NCBI GenBank assembly: GCA_963804255.1
Contig: CAWDPK010000006.1
Coordinates: forward strand, 126,559 to 190,558
Reading direction: 5' to 3'
Origin: an uncultured Acidimicrobiaceae bacterium
Lineage (GTDB): Bacteria; Actinomycetota; Acidimicrobiia; Acidimicrobiales; RAAP-2
Length of the DNA stretch: 64,000 nt
Of this stretch, positions 1-7,806 are shown in pieces. Made by a program: the position numbers and the translations under genes. The stretch's first letter is position 1. Each line of letters opens with the position of its first letter. Under the pieces are notes generated by a model. The model searched no databases. It saw only the letters and a program-made list of their open reading frames with translations, and was not told the origin of the DNA.

Positions 1-334
1 CCTTACCTAGGATCAGGTCGGCAGGGGTGGCGACGGTTCACGATTCGGAACTGAGGTGAACTTTCACCGACCCCAAGACGATCCGCTAGGGCTCATGATG
101 GGGGACGGGTTAGAGCGATGATGTGGTGCTCAAGCGGCACACTTTCAAGCGACTGTTCAGACGGCCGGGGTGGGCGCTCTCGGCCACTGCTCTGAGCTCG
201 TCGTGTGGGTTGGCAACCACGGGCTCGCTGGCGGCAGGCGAATCCGGGTGTGGAGCTGCGACGGGCATCGCGAGGGGCTCGAGGAGCCGGAGTCGGTCGA
301 TCATCGGTAGCTGGCCGAAAGTACGCTTCGCTCA

Positions 335-637
335 GTGACCGCCTTCGATTTGGTCGCGGGGATCTGCGGGATCGCCGCCTTCCTGGTCCTCTGTGCTCAG
401 GGGGCTTCCCTGATCCGAACCGAGAGCCATCTGCTGTTCACGAGCGACCCGGCTCGATCTCTGGCCATGGCGAAGCGAGCGTGCGATGACAGGGGGCTTA
501 CGTATTCCGAACTGGCGGGCATCGCCGCCGGACTCAAGGTGAGCGGACGGGCCTACAAGATCCGCGCTGTTCGACACAAGGGCGAGCGAGAGGGTTGGTT
601 GTCGTCGGTTCCGGTCTCAAGAGTGGAAACCAGGTGA
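335..637 (+). CDS. hypothetical small protein
   Basis: 100-aa GTG-start ORF with a hydrophobic N-terminal segment (DLVAGICGIAAFLVLCAQGA). No family recognised. Lies beside a mobile-element scar. Confidence 0.3.
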   Translation: MTAFDLVAGICGIAAFLVLCAQGASLIRTESHLLFTSDPARSLAMAKRACDDRGLTYSELAGIAAGLKVSGRAYKIRAVRHKGEREGWLSSVPVSRVETR

Positions 638-727
638 CGGGGCTGCCTCGAGTGCTTCCCGTTCGTGGTCCTCGGGGCGGCGTGGTCAGCTGCTGCGCAG
701 GCAGGGTTTGTGAAGCGCCGCTGAGGC

Positions 728-1276
728 TCAGTGACCCATGCCATGGACCAGCTGTGCGATTTCGAGGCCGAGTCCGACATAGGCGGAAAGGGTCACCATT
801 ACCGAATTGATGCGCCCCATGGCACTCGCGATGACTCCGCGGTTGGGGCGCCGGACTTTCGTTTGCCGTTCCACCCCATCCAGGTCTGCTTGAAGCTCTG
901 CTCGCAGCTCGGGGTCATCTTTAATCGTCGCGATTGCTGCTTGAATCTGAGGCAGTAAAGGTTCGAGGGCACGGATCAACTGCTCGTTCGTTAACCATCC
1001 CATTTGCTCGCGTTGACGGATCAGGTCCTCGGCGCGGCGTACACCTCGCGCAGTGATCGCAACGCTCCCTTGCATGGCCGCCATCGTCTTGAACTCGACC
1101 AGGCGTTCCTCTTGCAGGAATTGGCCGATGCCCATTACGTCGCCTTCGGGGATCTTCGCCTGCTCGGCGATTTGTGCGTGAGTGGCCCAGGTGAGGGGCT
1201 CTCCACCATTCGAAAGGTCGTATAAGGCGACCAGATAGTCGTCTCGACGGCGCTGCCGCTCCTCGATGTCAGGCAT
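728..1276 (-). CDS. hypothetical protein
   Basis: 182-aa ATG-start ORF with protein-like composition. Its ATG shares one base with the stop of the upstream ORF (TAATG at 1276). Confidence 0.55.
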   Translation of the reverse strand: MPDIEERQRRRDDYLVALYDLSNGGEPLTWATHAQIAEQAKIPEGDVMGIGQFLQEERLVEFKTMAAMQGSVAITARGVRRAEDLIRQREQMGWLTNEQLIRALEPLLPQIQAAIATIKDDPELRAELQADLDGVERQTKVRRPNRGVIASAMGRINSVMVTLSAYVGLGLEIAQLVHGMGH

Positions 1277-1533
1277 TAAGGGTTGCCGGGGGAGTTTGCC
1301 GAGTCGGGGTCTCCGCTCTCAACATGCTGCTGCCAGGCGTGCCGGGCCGTAGCCGCCGCTTCATCAGGGCCGGAGGTACCGACCCCGGCGAAGACGCCAC
1401 CGCAGGAGCAGACGATCTGAGCTGAATGGCCGGACGACAACTCCTGCGACGTCTCGCTCCGGATTTCGTGATCCATCCTGGACCCCCCCATGCAACCAAT
1501 CTTGCAACCGGACCCCGGTTTAGGGCCTTCCAC
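1276..1533 (-). CDS. small hypothetical protein, translationally coupled to 728..1276
   Basis: 85-aa ORF whose TAA overlaps the downstream ATG. An internal ATG at 1476, preceded by a G-rich SD-like run, may be the true start (66 aa). Confidence 0.4.
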   Translation of the reverse strand: MEGPKPGSGCKIGCMGGSRMDHEIRSETSQELSSGHSAQIVCSCGGVFAGVGTSGPDEAAATARHAWQQHVESGDPDSANSPGNP

Positions 1534-1640
1534 TGGTTACCACGAAGGTGTGACAACCGAAGCCGGAAACCGGACTTGAGTAGGGGAGACGCATTCAGAC
1601 TCCGCTCGCTGCCGTGAGCGCAACCGCATTGAGGGGCTGG

Positions 1641-1680
1641 TGTCCGCAAGGACGTAGGGGTTCAAGTCCCCTCTCCGACA
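1641..1680 (+). other. tRNA-Leu-like 3' half (variable arm, T arm, 3' acceptor strand); probable att-site remnant
   Basis: tgtccgcaaggacg (variable stem-loop), then aggggttcaagtcccct (T arm), then ctccgac-a. This closely resembles the 3' half of class II tRNA-Leu. The complementary 5' acceptor gtcggag is absent from the upstream 100 nt. Confidence 0.55.
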
Positions 1681-1943
1681 CGCACCCGAGTACACGCGAC
1701 AGGGCGTGACTCGATCTCAAGTGCGTCGCGGTCCGGGTGGTAGGTGAGCCGGAGCCCCATGTGCTTGTACATGATTGCCTTCTGCTCCGGACTGGCGGCA
1801 GCGAGGCCAATCAAGCCTTCGCGTACGGCGTCGATGAGGGCGCGAACCTCCTCGTCAGTGAGCGGCGTGTCGGGTGTCCGAGTGAACTCCAGTACACGGC
1901 CAGACATGGAAATCGCTGACCGATGACCTGCCGACCAGGACAT
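1662..1943 (-). pseudogene. recombinase C-terminal tail remnant (serine-recombinase-like)
   Basis: The ORF ends ...PEQKAIMYKHMGLRLTYHPDRDALEIESRPVACTRVRVGEGT and reads into the tRNA T arm. I recall this pattern from actinobacterial recombinase tails. No catalytic domain is present. Confidence 0.4.
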
Positions 1944-2368
1944 CCGGCACGCTGGCCTGAGCGAAGACGAGCCCGTTGTCGATGTAGCCCAACCCCATCG
2001 CTAAGCGATCCGCCGCTTGTCGGGCCCGCTGAGACTTGAGGACTGCCACCGTGGCCATGTCGAGGTCAATCCTGCGCCGACCATGGTCTGTCTTCGTCCG
2101 CTGGCTGACCGGTCGGGGCCAGAAATGTGCGAAGCTGTCCACCACTTCATCTCGGGGGCCGAGTTGACTTCGCTGACGGCGGGCTCGCCGTTGTGGCCAC
2201 ATTGCGAGCAAGTTCCCCTTTGCGAACGGCATCGCCGAGTGCCTTCTGAACCACAACGTGGACGTAGCGCACGGAACGAGGGCTGAGACCGCCTTCTCTC
2301 TGTCGGCGCCCTGACGCCAAGAGCGTCGAGTAGAGACTCAGGCGCCAGTGAGCGGCCATGGGCCTCAA
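1944..2368 (-). pseudogene. tyrosine integrase fragments (frameshifted, catalytic domain missing)
   Basis: LSPRSVRYVHVVVQKALGDAVRKGELARNVA (SAM-like N domain) and RRRIDLDMATVAVLKSQRARQAADRLAMGLGYIDNGLVFAQ lie in two different frames. No R-H-R-Y catalytic region follows. Confidence 0.65.
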
Positions 2369-4296
2369 CCCACCGCGGCCTGGATGTCTGCGAGCACGGC
2401 GCCGGGGATCGCCAGCGGGCCGCCGAAGACGAATCCCTGGGTTCCCGTAGAGAGGGTGGCCAAGTAAGCGGCGATCGCGCTCGGAACGGGCGGGTTGGCG
2501 CTCGGATCGAGCAGCAGGATCGGGCCGAGTCTTCCGCCAGTCGCCATGAAGACCCCGCCCGCCAGCGCGTCGGGGTAGTTGAGGCCGGTGGCCGCTCCGA
2601 AGAGATTGGCCCCGGGGAAGAACTGGTTGGCGACGGCGGCCGAGGTGGCGTATTCATCGCTGCCGTAGACCGCAATGGCTGTCGGGTCTGCGCCCGCCGC
2701 GGCCAGGGGGCCTCCGATGGCGTAGCGAGTGTCGTTGGGGTTGGCAGCCAGATACGCGGCGGTCTCGGGTGCCTGGGTCGTGCCGTCGGTGAGAAGGATC
2801 GCCCCGTGGTTCTCGATGGCCGCGGGAACCGCGGAGAGGGCGTCGGGGAAGTTGAGTCCCGTCGCCTCGAAGATGGTGGTCGGGTTCCCGAGCGTCTCTG
2901 CGATGTCGACCGCGGTGGCATACTCGTCTGCGCCGGCCACACGCACGACCTTGTACCCGAGATTTTCCAAGGCGATGTCGATGTCCGGACTCACGGCCAG
3001 ATCGCCGCCCAGGATGTACACCGTGTCACCGCCCGGGAGCACCCGTTGGATCTCGGCTTGGACCCGCGGGTCGAGACTGGTGCTCAGCGAGGCCCCCGGG
3101 GTGATCAGGAGCGGCCCACCCATGGCGGCGGCCAGCGGTCCACCGGCCAGCGCATCGGAAAAGAAGTCCGATCGGGCGAGCACGACCGCTTTGGCCGAAC
3201 CCACGGTCGGGAATTCCACCTGCGAGACGGCGATCGCGGTCCCGATGGCGTCCTGGCCGAAGATCTGGCTCGGGAGCGGCGTCGTGGTCTTGATGGCGAT
3301 GCCGAGCGGGCTGGAGATGCCATTCGATGAGCCCGAGAGAGACACGGCCGGCGTGGGGCTCCCGCTCGCGGTCAACTGAGCGGCCGAGTACTCGAGCACC
3401 AGGCTGTCCACACCGTCGGCCGCCCACAGATCGCCCGAGGCGTCGAAGGCCAGGCCGCCAAAGAAAGTGAGCGTCGCCGACGAGATAGCCACAGCCGGCG
3501 TGGGGCTCCCGGTGGCCGAGAGCTGGCTCGGGGTGTACTCGACGAGGCTGTTGCTCGAGGTGTCTTCCACCCAGAGGTCCCCCGCTGGATCGAAAGCCAG
3601 ACCCCCCGAGAGGAGGAATCCAGGCGAGGCGGTCGAGATGGTCACCTGCGGCGTCGGGCTCCCAGAGGAGGCGAGCTGGGCGGGCGTGTACTCGACGACC
3701 GTGCCATCGGTGAATGCGTTCACGACCCACAGGTCCCCTGCGCTGTCGAAGGCGAGATCGTCGGGGTAACTCAGGCTCCCCGACGCGGCCGAGATGGTCA
3801 CGGCCGGCGTCGGGTTCCCCGACGCGGCGAGCTGGGCCGGCGTGTACTCGACGAGGCTGTCGCTACCAATGCTCGCCACCCACAGATCCCCGGCGGCATC
3901 GAAGGCAAGACCGCCGGGTCCGTTCAGGGTCCCAGAGATGGTCACGGCCGGCGTGGGGCTTCCCGACGAGGAGAGCTGGCTCGGCGTGAATTCTTCGATC
4001 ACGCCCTCGTAGGTATCAACCCACAGATCCCCGGACGCGTCGAGAGTCAGGTATTGGGGAGCCTCCTGGGCCGGCGCGATGGTCATCGTAATGTGGCTGG
4101 TTGGGGGGATCGGATAGGCGCTCACCGTGTCGTTGCCGGTGTTGGCGACGTAAAGGGTGCCCGGGTTAGCGGCCGCTCCGGCTGGTGTTGGAAAGCTGGT
4201 CGTCGCCAAGGTGATCAGCGCAGAACTGCTGACGAGCAGTCCCACGCCACACGCCAGCCGCAGTAAGGCCTTTGTTCGGATCCCAGTAACCCACAT
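2365..4296 (-). CDS. secreted NHL-like beta-propeller repeat protein with three C-terminal CWB2 cell-wall-binding repeats
   Basis: ATG at 4296 gives the signal peptide MWVTGIRTKALLRLACGVGLLVSSSALITLA. It is followed by 5-6 blades (GDLWV...LVEYTPAQLASSGSPTPAVTIS), then three repeats of the type GADEYATAVDIAE...GLNFPDALSAVPAA...ILLTD. Confidence 0.85.
   Translation of the reverse strand: MWVTGIRTKALLRLACGVGLLVSSSALITLATTSFPTPAGAAANPGTLYVANTGNDTVSAYPIPPTSHITMTIAPAQEAPQYLTLDASGDLWVDTYEGVIEEFTPSQLSSSGSPTPAVTISGTLNGPGGLAFDAAGDLWVASIGSDSLVEYTPAQLAASGNPTPAVTISAASGSLSYPDDLAFDSAGDLWVVNAFTDGTVVEYTPAQLASSGSPTPQVTISTASPGFLLSGGLAFDPAGDLWVEDTSSNSLVEYTPSQLSATGSPTPAVAISSATLTFFGGLAFDASGDLWAADGVDSLVLEYSAAQLTASGSPTPAVSLSGSSNGISSPLGIAIKTTTPLPSQIFGQDAIGTAIAVSQVEFPTVGSAKAVVLARSDFFSDALAGGPLAAAMGGPLLITPGASLSTSLDPRVQAEIQRVLPGGDTVYILGGDLAVSPDIDIALENLGYKVVRVAGADEYATAVDIAETLGNPTTIFEATGLNFPDALSAVPAAIENHGAILLTDGTTQAPETAAYLAANPNDTRYAIGGPLAAAGADPTAIAVYGSDEYATSAAVANQFFPGANLFGAATGLNYPDALAGGVFMATGGRLGPILLLDPSANPPVPSAIAAYLATLSTGTQGFVFGGPLAIPGAVLADIQAAVG
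3330..4060 (-). repeat. in-frame tandem repeats, period about 147-150 nt, 5-6 copies (propeller blades)
   Basis: The recurring DNA block cacggccggcgtggggct(c/t)cc...gagctgg(c/g)(t/c)cgg(c/g)gtgtactcgacgag appears near 3345, 3490, 3640, 3795 and 3940. Confidence 0.8.
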
Positions 4297-5305
4297 CTTC
4301 GAAGTGGTCGAAACGTCGAATGTCGAGGAAGGCACGGTTCGGACCGCCTTTATTGGCTCTCGGCGCGAGTTTGGATATCGCCCGTTGCGGATGCAGAAAT
4401 GGCGGTGATCGCTCCGGACACCGATCGCCCAGGTGCCCACGGTCGTCGACGGTCACTTCGGACGCGGGACGTCGGCACATGGTTTGACGATCGCCGTGGA
4501 TCGCACATGCCCAAAGTTCCCCCGATCGACAAGAACAAACGTGGATCGTCGACTTCGATGACACCAAACCCAACTCAGGAGGAACTCCGACCGTTTTCTC
4601 GAACTCGGTTGGCTAACGATAGACGTTACTCAGAGAATTCTCTTCCGACAACATGCACCACACTTGGTGGGGGCGACAAAAGGAGGCCGCACGATGGCCA
4701 AGCCGAGCGAACCCCCCGCCGACGATGCCAGGCAGCGCTACGAACGGGCTCGTGGCGGCCTTCCTCGGACGGTCGGGCGTGAGCAACCGGGGAACCGGCT
4801 GGGGGGCGTCGTCGCTCAGGTGGAAGGGCCTCGAAGAGTGTTCGCGGTGAAACCTCACGTGACCGGCATCCGCCTCGTCCTTCCTGGGCGGCCGCGCACC
4901 TGGGGGAGCGGACGGGTTCTACACGTCACAGCCATAGCCGACCAGCGGTCTTCCCCGGCAACGGAGGCCCTGGGGCGACGATTCGGCACCTAGGCGGCCC
5001 TGAGCAGGACCTCACCTTGTAGGAGGACGGGTGTACTCAGGGGGTCAAACGCCTCTCCGACACGATTGTGACCTGGTGTTATGTGGCCCTAGTGGCGCCG
5101 AGGTCGAGTGAGCAGAATTCGCCGTGCCACACCCGTGCCATACGGTCAGCGGACGGGCGACGCTCTGCGAGATCATTCCCGGAAAAGGTTCGGGACAGCT
5201 GAAGAAGCTGCGTTCTGCGATTCCTCGATCGAAAAGAGATCAAGGTCCAATACCAGCGGGTGGAAAAAGACTCGCGGAACTTCGGGCGGGTGTTCGTCCA
5301 CTTCC

Positions 5306-5335
5306 GCTGGAAATGAACGAACTGGAAATGAACGA
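5306..5335. repeat. perfect 15-bp tandem duplication (ctggaaatgaacgaa x2)
   Basis: Read directly from the sequence. Lies in a non-coding gap. Confidence 0.9.
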
Positions 5336-5356
5336 AATGGCGCACCGGACCGACGC

Positions 5357-5390
5357 GGAGATGCCGCCGGCTTGCGCCGGCGGCATCTCC
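5357..5390 (-). terminator. GC-rich hairpin downstream of the binding-protein gene
   Basis: ggagatgccgccggc-ttgc-gccggcggcatctcc: perfect 15-bp stem, 4-nt loop, 45 nt after the stop at 5435. No U-tract, which is common for high-GC terminators. Confidence 0.6.
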
Positions 5391-5434
5391 ATCGTCACCA
5401 CCACCTGGATTCTCGGTGGTTCGACTCTTTGCTC

Positions 5435-6817
5435 TTAGGCGATCTTCTGCAAGCTTGCCGGAACCTTGTCCTGAGCACCGGTCCACACCTTGACCGGACC
5501 AGCGGCCGGGCTCGTGTAGTAGACGGTGCCGAGCGGCTCCACACCCATGTACGTACCACTCGGAAGTGTGATCGGGGTGGCCGACGTCGACATCTTGTAC
5601 AGCTCCTCACCCTCGTAGCCGTAGTGGACGGTCGATGAGTACGAGTAGGGCACGAAGCCGGACGTGATGAACTTGCTCCCGTCAGCGGCGATGGCGTTCA
5701 ACAGCCCCTGGCGAGTCAGGTTCTTCCCGGCCGCCTGCAGCGCCTGGACGATGGTGTAGCCAACGTTGAACCCGACCAGTTCGTCACCGGTGATCCCCTT
5801 CGTGGCCACCTGTGGGTCGTACTTGGTGAGGAGCTTCGTCGCCACCTGCACCCAGGGGTTGGAGGTTTGGTTCTCGAACGCACCGTTGTACGAGTCGGTG
5901 ATCGCACCGTTGAGGAGCGCCTGGCCCGCCGGGGCCGGGGTCGAGAGCACGCCCGAAGAACCGATAGCGGACGGGTCAGCCGCCACGCCGTCGATCACCA
6001 GCTGAGGCGTGTAGCCGAGCGTCGCCGCCGTGGTCGCGAACAGGTTCACGAAGGCCGGGACGGCGGCCATCACGACCACCTTGGCGCCCGACGCTTGCAG
6101 CATTGCCACCTGGCTGTTCAACCCGGCGATGTACGCGGCCGTGGTGGCGACGTAGGTCTGCTGGGACACCACGCTGCTCGACTTGATCTCCATGTCCAGG
6201 CCCTTGATGGTGTCAAAGCCGAACTCGTCATCCTGGGTGAAGTAGCCGATCTTCTCGCCAGCGAAGTTCTTGGCCGTGTAGGCGCCGAGGATCTTGCCGT
6301 CGACCGAATAGGGAGGCTCGTAGCCGCTGGTGTAGAGGTACTTGGCGCTGCTCCAACAGTTGCAACCCGAGAGGACGAAAAGCTGCGGGATCTTCTGGCT
6401 GTTCAGGTAGGGCTGCACATCCAGCTGGGTCGGGGTTCCGAGGGAAGCCACGTCAGCGAAGATGTTGTCCTGTAGCACCAATTCGTGGGTCATCGTCGCC
6501 GTGATCGACGGGGTGTACTGGTCGTCCAGGTAGGTGTACTTGATCTGACGGCCGTTCACGCCTCCGTGGGCGTTGAATGCGGCGAACACAGCTGCGATCC
6601 CCGGAGCGATGTCGTTGTAGTTGTCGGCCACACCGGTCAGCGGCTCGGTCGCCCCCAAGGTGACCGACGTTGCCGTCACCCCTGGCGTGGCGGCACTGGC
6701 AGCCCCGGCCGTTCCGGACGCGCTCAGCGCCATGGTCCCTGCCATGGCGCAGGCCACCGCGCCGATGGCAATGAGACGCGTACGGCTGCAAGCCGAACGC
6801 AACGAGAATCGCTTCAT
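5435..6817 (-). CDS. ABC transporter substrate-binding protein, branched-chain amino acid (LivJ / Peripla_BP_6) family
   Basis: ATG at 6817 (MKRFSLRSA...) with a signal peptide. Motifs: VTLGATEPLTG, GGVNGRQIKYTYLDDQY, ADVASLGTP. No permease or ATPase gene is adjacent. Confidence 0.9.
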   Translation of the reverse strand: MKRFSLRSACSRTRLIAIGAVACAMAGTMALSASGTAGAASAATPGVTATSVTLGATEPLTGVADNYNDIAPGIAAVFAAFNAHGGVNGRQIKYTYLDDQYTPSITATMTHELVLQDNIFADVASLGTPTQLDVQPYLNSQKIPQLFVLSGCNCWSSAKYLYTSGYEPPYSVDGKILGAYTAKNFAGEKIGYFTQDDEFGFDTIKGLDMEIKSSSVVSQQTYVATTAAYIAGLNSQVAMLQASGAKVVVMAAVPAFVNLFATTAATLGYTPQLVIDGVAADPSAIGSSGVLSTPAPAGQALLNGAITDSYNGAFENQTSNPWVQVATKLLTKYDPQVATKGITGDELVGFNVGYTIVQALQAAGKNLTRQGLLNAIAADGSKFITSGFVPYSYSSTVHYGYEGEELYKMSTSATPITLPSGTYMGVEPLGTVYYTSPAAGPVKVWTGAQDKVPASLQKIA

Positions 6818-6939
6818 CGATACCCCCTGCGAAAGGGCGCTTTCTGTGGACTCCAAACAGACCTCTCAGTATTTGGGCCCTGCCCTGCCGATTAAGCCGA
6901 CCAGGCGCAGGGCCAGCTTGCACCCGCGCGGGGCTGGAG

Positions 6940-6961
6940 CCTAGGGCCGAAAGGCCCTAGG
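6940..6961 (-). terminator. perfect palindromic hairpin cctagggcc-gaaa-ggccctagg
   Basis: 9-bp stem, 4-nt loop, about 110 nt downstream of the stop of 7070..7711. No U-tract. Confidence 0.35.
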
Positions 6962-7069
6962 CGGGCGCGGGCCACTGGGCACAAGATTGTTAGATCGCGA
7001 AAGTCGCGCGCGATTTGCCACTTTCGATCCAGGGTCGGTCGTCGCCCTTGGTTAGTCGGACTCCGGCAT

Positions 7070-7711
7070 TCATCCGTCGGGAATGTCATTGAGGTTGATG
7101 ACCCTCGCCTTCGGCTGCATCCACGAACCTTCTACGGTTCTCGATAGGACCCAGGGCTTGCCTTTGGCAGGCCGACACGTCAGCCGGAATTCCGCAGCCC
7201 TCTTTGGGGGGCTGGGATTGAGCACGATCGTTAGGCGCGGTGAGTCTCCGGGCTGAAGACCCCGGAGCGAGGCAACGCGGCCGTGGTTGCCGGGGCCAAA
7301 GGTTGGCACGGGCACCTCATGGGGCGGCGCTGCCGGAACCGATATCTCGACATCCATCGACTCGAGTGGTGGTCCACGACGGTGGGCCACCACCAGGACA
7401 CCGCTAACGGCTGGGCTTCCCTTGTCGGTCTCGACCGTTAGGTCAATTTCAGGCTCGTGATCGGCGTGCCCCTGGTTTTCGATCGCGAGGGTTTGGCGGC
7501 GGTTGTAGACAACCGCGAGGAGGGCCGCGTCGTAAGCGAAGCGCAGGGCGCTTTCGACTCGGAGGACCTGGTCGCGCTTTCGCACAGGCTCGGCCTCGTG
7601 GCCCCCCTCGAACTTCCCAGAGTGCGGAGAGGGTTCATAGGGCGTGGTCAGTCCTAGCCGGATCCGCGGTCCTCGCCGGTGTTTCAGTCGGTGTCCGGCG
7701 AGATAACCCAT
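7070..7711 (-). CDS. hypothetical protein
   Basis: 213-aa ATG-start ORF with protein-like composition. No family recognised. Confidence 0.5.
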   Translation of the reverse strand: MGYLAGHRLKHRRGPRIRLGLTTPYEPSPHSGKFEGGHEAEPVRKRDQVLRVESALRFAYDAALLAVVYNRRQTLAIENQGHADHEPEIDLTVETDKGSPAVSGVLVVAHRRGPPLESMDVEISVPAAPPHEVPVPTFGPGNHGRVASLRGLQPGDSPRLTIVLNPSPPKRAAEFRLTCRPAKGKPWVLSRTVEGSWMQPKARVINLNDIPDG

Positions 7712-7806
7712 CCCTCAAGACCGTCAACTCTCCGAGGGTGCCAATGCCCGTCTGCGAGCGGGTGCAGGATCGCCAAACCTTTCCGTAAACGTTAAGGTCA
7801 TGGGAC

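Noticed and set aside
1581-1687. Complete tRNA gene
   Set aside because: Only the variable arm, T arm and 3' acceptor are recognisable. No gtcggag 5' acceptor, D arm or clean anticodon stem could be folded by eye, so I kept it as a 3'-half remnant.
2001-2942. 313-aa P/S/R-rich ORF
   Set aside because: It overlaps the CWB2 part of the surface protein in another frame and the integrase relic. It is low complexity.
4694-4993. 99-aa ORF with a perfect AAGGAGG-N7-ATG
   Set aside because: Third-position GC is much lower than in the neighbouring genes. The sequence is Arg/Gly/Pro-rich and no family resemblance was found. The SD-ATG may still mark something, as noted in the finding on the gap.
6940-6961. 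CTAG-containing palindromes as a dispersed REP/MITE family (also near 15610-15668 and 44150-44165)
   Set aside because: Only a 13-nt core (cgaaaggccctag) is shared by two sites and the arms differ. Three loose occurrences are not enough to claim a repeat family.
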